A stretch of 48,593 bases of DNA, filler included, from Bipalium vagum (GCA_037834085.1; 2 parts of 2 records of this genome joined end to end with filler, not necessarily neighbours in it); one strand, 5' to 3'. Shown: positions 13,901-31,739, counted from the first letter of the whole stretch. The notes: generated by a model from the letters alone, not told the origin. Numbers and translations: made by a program.

Positions 13901-16900
13901 TTAGAAGATTCCAAAAAGTAAAAGACCCCTTATATTTTGTTGACATCAACGATGCCGTAAAGTGTCTTGATTTCACCAAGGTGTGCAAGAGTCACACCGG
14001 ACTCCCTTTCGCAAATCAATAGAATGCATGACGGAAAATTGGGATTAAAATGATTAAATACATTTTTTCTTAATTTTAGTTTTTTGTTTTAATTTATATT
14101 ATGTTATATAATTTTTTACGGTATACTGTGTTTTTTCCATTTTTGTGTTCAGATTTAAATATTTTGTAAAATTAACTGATTTGACACTCTGACAGGTTTT
14201 TATTTGATTGTCAACGCAAGAAAAAATCTAAATATGCATGTATTCTTTAAAATTCATGAATCGCGTAACAGGAATAGTTTTCATTCAACCGACGTTATAC
14301 TGAGTTAGTGGTTTTGATTGACTAATTTTGGAGCTCACACAGGTTGACTGATATTTAACGATTCTCAGTTTAGTGTCAATGTTCGAAAAACTAAATCTCA
14401 AATTTCATATTTAATTTTGTTCTCAGTAAATTTATTTTATTATAAAAACCAACAATTTAGATTTCGAAGAAGAATTTCTCGATAAAACAAATTGACCAAT
14501 AGGAATTGACCTGTTTTAAAAAGTTACTTAACATGCACCTAAAAGTGCATAAGCAGGTTTATTTACACACAGACAAATCAAATTTGAATGTGGTATTTAA
14601 ATCAGTTCATCATCCTAGCTCCATATTTTAGAGAAATGATTTTAAAAAAATTTGGAGTTCATTTTTGTCAAGTTTCAATGAATCAACCTATGCTCATTAT
14701 TGTTCATTTCTTGGTTATAAGAAATCAGTTGGTTATGTCTATATTGTAGATTTTCCAGTGACATTACAAGGTTATTATTGAATGAAAATCTGTTCAAAAA
14801 AGCTTTAGTATTAGTGAAAGTAAACTCAATGCTGTTCAAGTTGCTGTAAATATGAGATATTTCCTTTTATCGACTTAATTACCTTTTAATAATTACAATA
14901 ATAATAATTATAATAAGAATAATAATAATAATCATAGAAATTGCTTAAATTTCTATCGCTGGTCTGCGAAGACATAATATTTAAAAGGCTTTCAAAAGAG
15001 TATAACTCAGACAAGTCAGAAAGTTTAATTGTTTTTACTTTCTTAGTCAGTAAACTTTATAAAGTGGTATCGTTGAAACTGAATGCTTAATACTTGTGAA
15101 GAGTATTGCTATTGACTTTGAAAAGCAGATTTTTGTTGAAATTGAAGTGCATGAAACAGAAATCCTAACTTAAAGCTCAATATTTTATTCCGGGTGACCA
15201 AAGATGTATGGATTTGAAGTTTATCGTGGTGTGGAATTGATTTCAATAACTCAATAATTTATTTCCTATCAAATAAATCATATCGTAATAAAAATTGTTT
15301 CTTTCCAGCAAAATACTAGAATAATATCAGGACTATATGGTGGATACTACAACTTTTCAAGCCCTTAATCTCTGATTTTTATTTTTTGAGATATTTATAC
15401 TGATAACTAATTTAATTGTCATAATTTTTCTTGTTCCATTTTATTGATAATAGTTTCGTTAAGAATTGATTTCTTTTTGTGATGTATATTCGTTTTCATT
15501 GGACAATGTGAGTGAAAATATAATATAAATAATAATAAAATGACAATAATAAAAACGAAAATAAACTAATTAGCATAGGTTATCTATAAGATAAAAGTCC
15601 GCAGAAAGTCGAAAAGACCTTCAAAGTATAAAAGAGCATAACCAAAATCTCACAAATCTAATGACAATCAAAAAGTGATAATCAAAGACGAAAGGTTTAC
15701 ATAATTACTAATAAAGGTTTCGAATTCGCCAAGATTAAAGAGGAATCTCTATTTTCTATGCTTCTCACGCAGTCAAGTCGGGGTAGTTTGAGTTTTGAAA
15801 AATGTTATATATTTTTCATATATTTTTAAACAAATACTATTTCTTACATCTCCATTTTTTCTGTATTAATGAATGTGCTTATTCATGTTTCCTATATACA
15901 TTCTGGGTTTGTAAAGTTTTAAAAATGTTTCTAAAACTAAAACTTAAAATTGTTATTAACATAACAAAGCTTGGGCTTTTTTTCTATTAATCATTTTCAT
16001 AAACATAAAATTTCCTTCCTTTAAGAATTAAATAAACTTAAATTCGATTTCGTATTTAAACATTATTTTTATAAATTTCTAATACCGATAGTCTAGGAAA
16101 AAGTGTATGATATAATATTTATATTATATTATATTATTATTTTCTTATATATTATTTGTTTTGCTGTTCTCTTAGTAATTCGATTCTGCTGCACTTTAGT
16201 CGCTAAAATACACATTTTTGTTAACAGGACTTCTTCGACTATCATAAGGTCAAGAAGGTAGTTTATTAATAAAATACACCCAAATCCCAAAAATTTTGTT
16301 TTGATTTAGTATTGATTTTAATTAGTATTATTGATATTTGTTAAGGCTTTAGATTTTGATATAGCTATAAATAATTTGATAATAATATATTATCTATTAA
16401 TAATATATAAATTAAAAAATAGAATATATTAAATATTAAATATTAAATTAATTAAATAGAATAATAATAAAAATATTTTTTTTAAAATTTATTTCCATTA
16501 TTTATATCTAATATATTTGTCCAGTGCCTTTGGAAAATATCGTCTGATGATTCTGTACGATTTTATGCAAAAAATTTATTTAATATTTTTATTTAATTTT
16601 AACCATTTTTAAAAAATTTCTTTCAGATGCGGAGGACATGACTTTAACACCAGCACATAATAAATTTTCTCACAGTAACCAGACCAACTTGATGGCTCCT
16701 CACTTAGAACATCCAATGAGTAATTCTTGTAATTTAACCAGAAAGGGTACAGTTAGAAGAATGACAACCTCATATAACAGACGTAGGTCAAGTAGCGTTT
16801 ATCCCGTTTCTCCTCTCTCTCAACAATCTATGGTTCATAATTTGTATAATATGCCTGTTTCAAACAATACCGGACCTCCAATCCAATTAATCACAATCCC

Positions 16901-19900
16901 TCAATTAGATGGCATATTGAGGTCTCAAAAAATTCTTGATATGAGACTTCAAAATTTACAGGTTAGTTAAAACAAAAATATATTTTCTTGTTTTTATTAT
17001 CCGAGTTCAGGCACAATCAGAGCAATTAAATTGTGCATCTGGTAATGCCAGAATTAAGGAAGAAGTGGAACATGTTAGAATATTAGTAGGAGAAAATCTC
17101 AACGCACTTGCCAGTATATTATCTGCTGTTTTCAAACTTCAAGAAGTGGTAAGTTTGCTTTCATATATCACTAAATTGATGGAATCCGCATAAATCCTAT
17201 GTAAAACAAATTATTGTTAGATTTTTAAAGATTCCTTCTAATATTTGGGGATCTAATTAAAATATGGGGATCCTTCTACTGTAGTTTTATACCAAAATGC
17301 TTCAGTCTTACATTTACATAATTAGGTCAAATTTTTAAGAAATCATGAAATTTCGATTGTATCAAAAGTTTATGTGATTTTAACAGTTTAAGTTTCTTTT
17401 ATCAAAAATTTTTTTTAATAACAATTCTTATAAAAATGGTATCATTGTTATTTTACCATCAAACTATATTTGTAAGTTTTGTTTAAATAAACATAGATGT
17501 ATTTACTTGAATTTATACTTACGGAAAAAAGAATACAAAAAGAATTATAATTCAAAGTTTGAGTGGTCATCATTCCTACCACCTCAAGAACTATTAGATA
17601 GCTGAAAAAGAAATTGTTTTAATAATTCCTCACCTTGTTTTTTTTAATAATAATGACAATAATGTGAGAAAAGGTAGTGGGCCAATAGATATGAATCTCT
17701 AAATAATTGAAACCAAAAATGCTCTTCAAAGGTTTTGTTGTTTATTTTCTGTGAATAAAATTGTGCATTTAGTTGTTGTAACATCATCAAATAATTGATT
17801 CAATATTCTATTATGAGCAACCTTAAAGATTATTTGAAAAAAAGTCGTTATAAATTACTCAATATAAAGGGCGCTTTAATGACTTGAAAAAAAATTGAAA
17901 GAGCTTTGGTGATAAGTTCTAATGCACTAAGGCCTATCATTGTGAGACTACCATTTGTTTCTGTCTAAAGATTTTTTAATGGAGTTCCAATGGTTTCAAG
18001 AGACGGCTTTGTAAATTACATTGCACAAAATGTTACCAGAAATCTTTGAAAACCTATGATGATGGCATTATGAATTTACCAGAAAGTTTATGGAACAGAT
18101 TTGATTCAATAAAGTTTATTTGTTATTTGAAAAAAACGTGTTTGTGTTTTACTTAACCTTTTCGCTGCGCAATTCGTTTTGAGATTTTGTGCCTGCTGTG
18201 CGCATTTCGCTGTGTGGAGCAGCGAAAGGGTTAATGAAAAATGTTAATAAGCTAATATAGGGTTTTTATTTCAATTTCGCCATTTTGCATTTTTCGCCAC
18301 TAAGGGTCAAAAATTTAAAATCAGTTAAAATTTTGCGATTCAATATTAACCTATATTGGAATGAAATTTTAAAACCTTATAAATTTATGAAATTGTTTAA
18401 ACATACTAATGTAAACAAAATTTTTATGGTTTACTTGCCCCTTATGACAAATGAATCGAATATCAGGCGCAGAGGTGAATACAAACCACCATCAAATGAG
18501 ACCAGAAAGGCCATCAATGGTGTTCCGAAACTTCATATTTCTCGGGATTTAGGAGTATCAAGATCTACTGTAAAATCAGTAATTAAAGGATACATCGAAA
18601 CGGGAAATATAGAGGTAACTCAAAAAGGAGGTGCAAGGAATACTAAGTGTACCGAGGAAATGAGGTCACTGATGGAGGATATATTGCAAGAAGAGTGCAC
18701 TAAAACTCTTTTATTTTTGCAAGGCGAAGTAGAAAATCATTTTGGTGTTCGACTTTGCCTATCTGCCATTCGGTTTTGATCAGATTACGACGAATGACTG
18801 TGAAGGATGGCTACGTAATATGTTACATTACCTAAATGAATCAAGACTCAAAAGAGTAATTGAAGATTAATAAAATGGTGTTTGGATGTTTTTTGTTTAT
18901 TTATTTGATTTTATATTATTTTAATTACGATATTTATTAAATCTGCTTTTTTATACTTTTTTACCCTTTGTGAAAAATAAAAATGAAAAAAATTTTAACC
19001 CTTAGCGGCGAAATTGAAATGAAAACCCTATATTTGTTTATTAAAATTATCATTAAATATAAAGTTTTGTATGAAAATGTAAAAAATTGAATTATCTTTA
19101 AAAAATTTTCCGAAAATGAAATATTTATTGATTGGTTAAAAAATGAAACCCATGAAAACATAAAATTGTACATTTGTAATTATTAAATTCTTATCATTTG
19201 CTGCCATGGTACAAGAGTAATCATAATTTTGTTTGGATTTATTGATAAAAACTGCAACAAGTGACATTTGACATTCTCATTAATGAAAATTATGCAATTT
19301 GAGAAAAATTCTTAGAGTGAAATAAATGATCTGACAAATGCGAAGACTGTTTTGGCAGTTATTTTACAACTAAAATTCAATAAATTTTTACTAAGAAACC
19401 GCATGATGCATACTTATGTTAAAAACACAACATTTACGATTTGCCAAATCTGCTCGTATATCCAGAATTGGAGTAATCAGTTTTAATGGTTTCTTCCTTT
19501 TTGTTTTACACAGCGTGTTTATAAGATAAGTATCTGATTTTAAAATGTAATACCATAAAATATATTCAACAAAGGACTGCAAATTTTGACAGTAACATTT
19601 ATTAAAATTTATTTTTTTTCTACGGAATGACCATTACTTTAATAAACTTAAGGAAAGGATTATAAGTCAATTATAACATTTTGACACATTTCTGATGATA
19701 TTCTAACTGCCTTTATTGGAATAACAGGCGGTACTTAATTGGTACTTTTAGTTTTTGGTTACCTAAAGGTAGGAAAAGACAGAAACAGAAATTTCTTTTT
19801 GCGGAAATAAATTTTTTAAAAAATCTATTCTTTACTTGTTACAAACATTCTTGATTTTCTTGTTAACTTATTATATTATAAAAGAAAAATAAAAATGGTT

Positions 19901-22836
19901 TGTGGAAATCAATATATTAACAAAAAATTATTTAAAAATTAAGTTGTGTTTAAATATTTAAATTTTTATATTAAAACTGACAACCTTTTTGAAAAGGAAG
20001 TTATAGTTAAATGCTAGATAATACACTTAAATATTTTGAAAATCGAATATGGCTATTCAATGCTTGTGTTTTCGAAAAATAATTATCAAATGTAAGAGAA
20101 ATTAAATAAATACGCAATATTTAAAAAGATGTCAGGAAATAGCCATAAATGGAGAAAAATAATAAAAAGCACAAAACGTATTACAATATTTCATTACAAA
20201 ATTTTAACTTAAACCCAAAGATTAAAAAATATTCAAAAGCATGATTCTCAGTTAAATGATTATTTTTGTCTGATTTAAAAATTTATTAACCTAAAAAAAT
20301 CATTTGATTAAATTTATTCTTAATACCGGGTTGTATGAATTCAATTCCCATGTTTCTAATTAATATGTGTCAGACTTCAATAATGATAATAATAGGGGAC
20401 TTTATGTATGAATGAGTAAAATAAATGTCTGAAAGGCTTTTCATGAGTTGTCAAATATGTTTGGCAATTATTGATTCTTTGATTTACATTTGTCTGACTT
20501 AATTTTAATTAATTGATTAATTTTATCAATGATTTTTATGAAAATTATCATTTCCATTTTGTGACGGTCTTCATAATTTTTTTTATTAATTTATATTTTC
20601 TTTAACTTACACTCTTATATTTTATCTACTTTATTTTTTCGATAGTGATTATTACTGTTTAAAATATTGATAAATGTTCAATAAATCTTTACCAAAGATT
20701 CAAAAACTAAAATCTTTCTGACTCTTGAATGATATCATATGAGAACCAAATGGTATACATTTAGGTAATAAATAAAGGAACACTAAATGTATAATTTTTT
20801 ATAAAAAATTGATAACCGAAAATAAATATGTACTCAAAATATTCAGAGAAATTCCCATTAAGAAATTCATAACAACATGATTTATTAATTATTTTTTATT
20901 AGATTTTGTGAAATTTCAATGCGAAGTTTAACGTCATTAACTTTTTTATTCAAAGAGATATCCTTGTTTAGATAATCGCATAAAAAATTTAACCAATGCT
21001 TTTTTAAATTCAGATGTTAAAGATCAACGGATTTATATTAAATATTGTTAGCGGAACAATATATCATGTTCAAAGACATTATAAAATATCCATATTTTTT
21101 TTCGTGATCTAATATGTTCTTCACTAGTTCTTTAAAGACGACAAAGAATTTTGGTAAGATTGTCAAAGACCTCTCACATCATTATACCGCAGACAAATTA
21201 AGATATAAGAAATCCAGTATAAAAACAATATTTGACTGACATTCAAAGAGATATCTAATCAATGTGGAATATCTATTGAATTTTGTCAATCGATTTTGAA
21301 TGATATATTGAAAATGAAGTGCATTGTATCTTTACTTGAGCTAAAGCACTTAAATGTAATTCTATCTCATCTTGGATTGCTAAAAGCAGAACCATTTTGC
21401 TATTTAATACCAAAATTCCCGTAAAAAGTGAGTAGTACATTCTAAAAGAGAACACATCAATGATTATCTCCTACGGATCCCTTATCCTAATTCCAAAGGC
21501 TGGGCTATTCCAGTAAAAGCTTTTGCTCTGTGTTTGGTGGACTTGTGAAGGAATCATATACCATGAGTTACTAAAAGCTAAGGAAACAATAATTTTTTAT
21601 ATCTATTGTTCCAAATTAGAAAGAATTCGTGAAAAGTTGTTAGGAAAACAGCCGGCGTTAGTAAACAGCAAAAAGATTCTATTTCTTCAAAAAAATGCTC
21701 AACCGCATGTGGCAAAAAAATTATATTCATATATTTTTCTGGGATAATTATGTTTCGCGGCAAAACCTCAAAATATATGATACTGCGATAATCGCATCAA
21801 ATAGACAACATTATTCAGCTATGGTTAATTAATGCTTTAGGAGTTAGCATTGCCTTCGGTCAAGATGTTAGCTGTATTTTTAACCTTAAAATAAAATACC
21901 CAGTTTTATCTTCTCTAACTATTATTATAAGTTTATTTCTTGAGTCTTAGAAGAAAAAAAGAAAAATTAAAATTATGTTCTTTTGTCCTTATCACTAAAG
22001 CAGTGATGAATACTTTATGTTTGTCTATTGACTTTGTCTAATTCCTGAAGATGAATGATAATGGTATTGTGAGAGGTCTTTGAGAGTCATGACTTTCTCT
22101 TCTTTAAGATATATAAAAATTTTTGCTTTTAAATTTTCAAAATCATCTTTGAAGATGTGAAATCAATATTTAAAAATATTGAAATGAAACACTAAAACAA
22201 AATGCAACAGAAAAAAATATTCTCAACATTTTTTTTCCAATAATTAAAATATCTTAAGTTAAATTTTGAAATTTACAACACAATAATATAAAAATGGAAA
22301 ATGGAAAATTTAAATGAAGGAGGAAAAGAAGGGATTATCATAAAGGGATAACAAGATCAGGAAATAATTATAAACTTCTTATAGGACGAAATTGTTCATA
22401 TGAATTTAGTTTTAAAAGAGGTGTATCAAAAGATTCAAATTTTAATCAACTTTAGTTAGCAAAAACAAAGCAACCTGACATAAAATATTTATATATTCAT
22501 TATTTCTGGTAGAGTCTAAGTCTTTAGCCTTACCACGTATTTAATAAAGCTAAAACAAATGTGACAGCAAAGTTTTTTAGTGATAAATTAAAATATCAGT
22601 CCCTTTATAACGGCCTCTGTAAATGAATGTTTCTATATTTAAATTTGTGTTACAGAATTATTCATTTTATAAATTTTTTTTTCAAATGTCTTTTTATCTC
22701 CCAGGTGACAAATATTGGTAACAATATGGAACAGTGGTTCCTAGCTCAATCAACTGGTCAGCCGCTAAGAACTGTATTTATTGACGAAAAAAGATGTTCA
22801 AACAGATCTTCCCATCATTCTGATACAAAACTTTAA
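4930..22836 (+). CDS. TRPC-family (canonical TRP) cation channel, C-terminal 5 coding exons; 5' part lies outside the window
   Basis: Phase-compatible GT-AG exons: 4930-5056, 9303-9410, 16627-16961, 17011-17148, 22705-22836 (stop). Exon 1 encodes YNNIMQRLVRRYLFKLERQK, matching the TRPC C-terminal helix (TRPC3 YQQIMKRLIKRYV; TRPC4 YQEVMRNLVKRYV). Then a Ser/Arg-rich linker, a coiled-coil-like segment (LDMRLQNLQAQSEQL..IKEEVEHVRILV) and a C-terminal DTKL. AATAAA at 22933. The exon 2 acceptor is a weaker AAG. Confidence 0.78.
5089..5492 (+). mobile_element. Non-autonomous, internally deleted mariner (404 bp) in a TRPC intron
   Basis: TIRs TCAGGTTGTATGAAAAGCAAT / ATTACTTTTTACACAACCTGA with TA on both sides. 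Retains the transposase C-terminus FKNQDEVENAFLEFINSK...WLKVLEADGDYFNE*. Confidence 0.85.
6383..6720 (-). mobile_element. ITmD37E-type Tc1/mariner-superfamily transposase remnant
   Basis: Minus strand reads KDRNPTYVPQFRPTEDFFGILKSLVYKNNWTAKNIELLKK, matching the D37E-type NPPNxPQxRPIEDFWGILKxxVY motif. TA-CAGGGAG terminus at ~6383. Confidence 0.65.
8488..8790 (+). mobile_element. Mariner (irritans/Himar-like) 5' remnant
   Basis: TACGAAGGTGGGTTGAAAAG TIR-like start; encodes FYKWVAEFDRGGVSIKDAPQSGRSK (the W..F..G....D..RSGRP motif). Confidence 0.7.
9486..10360 (-). mobile_element. ITmD37E (TRT) transposon pseudogene
   Basis: Minus-strand relics CAIMDNETYIKGDFKQMP, KFPKRYQMWQAICTYGKK, GTMNQ*IY, PDLPIYHFAK and ELQPIEKY*AIVK. 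D-to-E distance is 114 nt (about 37-38 codons, with frameshifts). Confidence 0.8.
10920..13066 (+). mobile_element. Degenerate, internally deleted Ty3/gypsy LTR retrotransposon
   Basis: ~65-bp direct repeat (GATACTTTTTATAACTCTGAC..CAATGTGTAG.AAAGAAGAAC) at ~10930-10995 and ~12991-13066. TG start, CA end, and PBS-like TGGCGAC at 10996. Protease L*DSGA*VTVM at ~12273; RT KDGSARICVDF...YFSSVDL at 12820-12960. Confidence 0.8.
13400..14000 (+). mobile_element. R2/NeSL-like non-LTR retrotransposon fragment
   Basis: C2H2-like finger FQCQFCEIRTSTNSGLYQYIRTKH, Myb-like WSKVE..IVAHFEA and RT-like YFVDINDA. Heavily degraded. Confidence 0.45.
17830..18150 (+). mobile_element. Mariner 3' remnant
   Basis: Degenerate C-terminal transposase motif YDDGIMNLPE followed by mariner-like 3' UTR. 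Confidence 0.5.
18157..18230. mobile_element. 74-bp piggyBac-type MITE
   Basis: TTAA on both sides (18153-18156 and 18231-18234). 12-bp TIRs CCTTTTCGCTGC / GCAGCGAAAGGG with 1 mismatch. GC-rich relative to its flanks. Confidence 0.8.
18258..19030 (+). mobile_element. Internally deleted Tc1/IS630-like element (773 bp)
   Basis: TIRs TAGGGTTTTTATTTCAATTTCGCC / GGCGAAATTGAAATGAAAACCCTA, flanked by TA. Encodes the HTH ISRDLGVSRSTVKSVIKGYIETG..KGGAR, fused directly to the C-terminal ITTNDCEGWLRNM; the DDE core is missing. Confidence 0.85.
21460..21735 (+). mobile_element. Mariner catalytic-domain fragment
   Basis: LLCVWWTCEGIIYHELLK...LQKNAQPHVAK. Confidence 0.8.
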
Positions 22837-22932
22837 TCGGTCTGGTGGACCCTGTTATAATTTCTGGATTATACCTTTTAGTCATGTAAAATTTTAGCAT
22901 ATAATGTTAGTACTTACATTTGTATTTATTCG

Positions 22933-22938
22933 AATAAA
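22933..22938 (+). promoter_or_regulatory. Probable polyadenylation signal of the TRPC gene
   Basis: AATAAA ~97 nt after the stop codon, followed by a T/GT-rich tract. Confidence 0.45.
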
Positions 22939-23099
22939 TCTTTGTTTATTTTATTGATCTAGATCTATTGAGCTAGATCTATTTTTACATTTTATTATAC
23001 CTGTTTTAATTTTTTTTATTCTTCTTGATATCTTTTTACAATTATTAATATTTAAAATTTTTCTGAATCACATTTTAATCATTTGAAAATTTCATATTA

Positions 23100-23500
23100 C
23101 CTGTAGGTAACATATTTTTAATTACACTGTTGATTTGGTGGTCGGCGACCTCATTATCAAGGTGGAGCAAATTTTTAATATCCGAAAAAAATGTCTCATC
23201 TGTATAAATTACCTAGCTCCACTCGTTAACGTTTTTTGTTGTCATTTTTTAATGTTTTTTTATAAAACTGGTCTTTAGCCGACCGTGAGAAACGAAGATT
23301 AAAATCATTAAGAAAACTGACGAATTTTAAATGCATTTATTGATATTGGGATACAGTTGAGCCTGTAAAAATGTGCCAGATATAGTTGGATTAGCCACTG
23401 ATAGTCGTCTGATCATTTTTATCTTCTCACATTGATGTCTTTCGTAGTCGACCTGGAGGCTCTATGGGCATATCATTTTCAGTGATCTACACGAAAGTCT
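23100..23500 (-). mobile_element. Tc1-like N-terminal remnant
   Basis: Minus strand EPPGRLRKTSM*EDK, resembling the GRPRKTT..EDR motif. Weak. Confidence 0.35.
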
Positions 23501-25505
23501 CGAATAAAATTCGATAAAGTAGAAAAAGAGTGGTTTTGTTAATTGTTATTTCAATGTTCAGGAACTTTAAAAATAGTCTTGTGATTTTGCTAGTTATGGA
23601 TAAGAACCTAAAAATTGATATTGTGATTAACTTAACAATGAATTTAAAAAATACAAAAGCAATGTACTAGTTTTTAGATTCTTAAAAAAGACTTTGATTA
23701 GTAAAGATATAACTCGATTAATAATCATTAAAACCTTTTATTTTTAGGTTCCATATAGTGTAAAGTATGAGAGATGATAAAAGCGACCTTGGAAGACATG
23801 TTTGTAAATAATTAATGCTAATATAAATTAATGGAGTGATGAAAATAAAAAATGTGAGTCTTCATACTCGTCATGTGTGTTAATTAGAATACCTCCTAAT
23901 GACTATGGAATTCACGAGGTTTCCTTTGACTCTAAACGGGTGTATCTTGAAGAGAGCTTTGTCTTGTACACGATTTCTAAAGCAACCATCAGCTTTGAAT
24001 GAGAATAAACAACCAACATCTATCGGTGAGATCATTAGGCCGAGTCTCCACAAATTCAATAAGTAAAAATATCGAAAAAAACAAATACAGATGAACACAT
24101 AGAAGTCAAGAAATTATCTGTAGAAGAATTGGTATTTTATATTTTCTTTACCACTTATATTCACTTATATTACCAATAATTCAATATTTAGTTAGAAACT
24201 TACTGAATTTAGTAAAATTATTGACAAAAATCAAATTAAATTTCTTCGGCGATTATTTAATTTATATTTATTCAGGCTCTACGAGTGGTCGATTTGGACT
24301 GGATTTCTTGAAATTCCATCTTGATTCAAGTTCTTATAATTCTGTCGCTTGTTTTGCTAACTAAATTCTTGGGCTTTTATAATTCTTTATTTCAATGTAA
24401 TTTAAAACTGGTAACAATTGTTACTATATTTAGTTAACTTACTACTATTATATCTTTTATTTTCATTAAATCCCTGTTTGATTTCATAACAATTTATTTT
24501 CCTTTTAATATTTATTGACAATTGTACTGTGATAATTTATTTTATTGTGCTGAATTAATATTGTATGATGAAATAAACACATTTCATCGTATTAATGTTT
24601 TGAGTACACCAACCATAACTGATGGGTCTCCGGTCTTAACTATGAAATTTTTAACTAATCTAATAAATTGTCTAATTTTACGATTCCTTTGCTAACCAAC
24701 AAGATAGTGAATAATTCAGATTAACGATATTGGTTAATAACCTAATCTTAAAAACATCAAAATTCATATTAAATCTTGAAGATCAACAATGAAGTCATTT
24801 AAATTGGATATTCCAAACTGCATTTCAAAATAAAGTCTAAGTAATTCGAAAAAGGAAATTTGAAGATTATTTAATATTTGTTTATAAGTAAAACATTAAT
24901 TCATGTTTCTAATTTTAATTGATTATTTGTACAAAATTTTCAATTCATAATTTTTTTCTAAATTAATAATTTTTCCTTACATAAATCTGTTATAATTTTA
25001 AAATATTTTAGAGCATCTAAATTTATCATTTCAATGTACAGTTCGAAATTTATTTTGACAATAAACATTGATTAGACCCCTTCATTTGTTACCAATAAGA
25101 TCAACTTTTTTGGGTTTAAAATTTTGGATAAATATTCAATAGTTCTCAAACATTGAAGATGATCAAAAGATTATAAAATATTATATTAAGTTTCCCAAAC
25201 ATATTATAGTTTTTACTTCAATAAATTCTGAATTATTAAATATTGATTTTAATAAATCGACAATAATCTTAATAAATCAATAATGATTAAAAACCAATAA
25301 AATAAATCAATATTACTAATAATAAATAATAATTATTATAATTATAATAATAAATCAATGATAAATAAATAATATTAAAATATTGAAAACAAATAATAAA
25401 ATATATCAGAAATTCAATATTATAATCATGAGGATAGCATGGAAATTATAATTAGGTTTGTGTGTGTATGTGTGTGTATTTGACTGTTCAATAAATGAGA
25501 TCATG

Positions 25506-30676
<5,171 letters not shown>

Positions 30677-31549
30677 CTGATGAAAAGAAAATAAAGTAAA
30701 ATAATTTTTAAAAAATTAATAATAATAATAGATGTTATAAATAATAACGTAAATAAGTTTATTCATTATTAATGATTAATATTTAAAATATGATAAAATT
30801 AATACTTTTATTAAAAGAAATATTTTATAGAAAATTATAAAAATAATAATTAATAATAAAATAATAATTTTTATTAAAAGGTTAACTTATAAAAAAAATC
30901 TTATTTAAATAAAAAAATATTTAAAAATAATATACGATATATTTTTTAAAATTGATCAATTAGATAAAAAAATATAAAAAATTTAAATATTTAAATAATA
31001 AGTAATGTTAATTTTTAAATATTATCAATAATTATTTTTAAATAATGGAAATATTTATTTAAAGTAAAGTAATTAAATTAATTTGTCTGAACAATTTATA
31101 AAATGTTGCTATTATACGTGGTTTATTTTATTCTTTTGAATTTCGTTTAATTTTTAAATTATTGCTAATTATTAATTTATTTATTAATTATTATTTATTA
31201 CAAAATGTCTTATATTTTAATTATTAATAAAAATTGATATTGAAATAATGTTTAAAATCAAATAAATGAATATTTATAATAAAAAGATAAAAAAATAAAG
31301 TATATATATATAAAAATAAACAGATGACAGTAAATAAATCAAATTGACATCGAAAATGTGCAAATTTATATTTTATATATAAAACTAAAACACACCGATA
31401 TATCAGATTCAAAAGACATCGCCAAAATCAATATAATAATTTACTAAGCCTAAATCTATTCTAATACCATGAAACAAAGTAGTAACATCACAAACACCAT
31501 AAAAGCATAAATTATTCAAATAATTAGAAATAGTAATGATAATAATAAC

Positions 31550-31611
<62 letters not shown>
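31550..31611. repeat. (AAT)n microsatellite at contig end
   Basis: About 20 units running into the N-gap. Confidence 0.95.
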
Positions 31612-31711
31612 NNNNNNNNNNNNNNNNNNNNNNNNNNNNNNNNNNNNNNNNNNNNTTAATTAATTAANNNNNNNNNNNNNNNNNNNNNNNNNNNNNNNNN
31701 NNNNNNNNNNN
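31612..31711. other. Artificial contig-joining spacer N44-TTAATTAATTAA-N44
   Basis: Exactly 100 bp. The central 12-mer is palindromic and places a stop in all six frames. Confidence 0.95.
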
Positions 31712-31739
31712 ATAATTATCCAAAATATCATTTCAATAT

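Noticed and set aside
14180-14720. Possible non-autonomous DNA element with GTTGAC/GTCAAC motifs
   Set aside because: Could not define paired TIRs or a TSD.
15802-15990. Short F/L/I/K-rich ORFs (also 6788-6991, 8067-8300, 31224-31412, 40999-41241)
   Set aside because: Composition expected from random AT-rich DNA; no motifs or splice support.
31656-31667. TTAATTAATTAA as a biological palindrome
   Set aside because: Symmetrically flanked by 44 Ns on each side, so it is an assembly linker.
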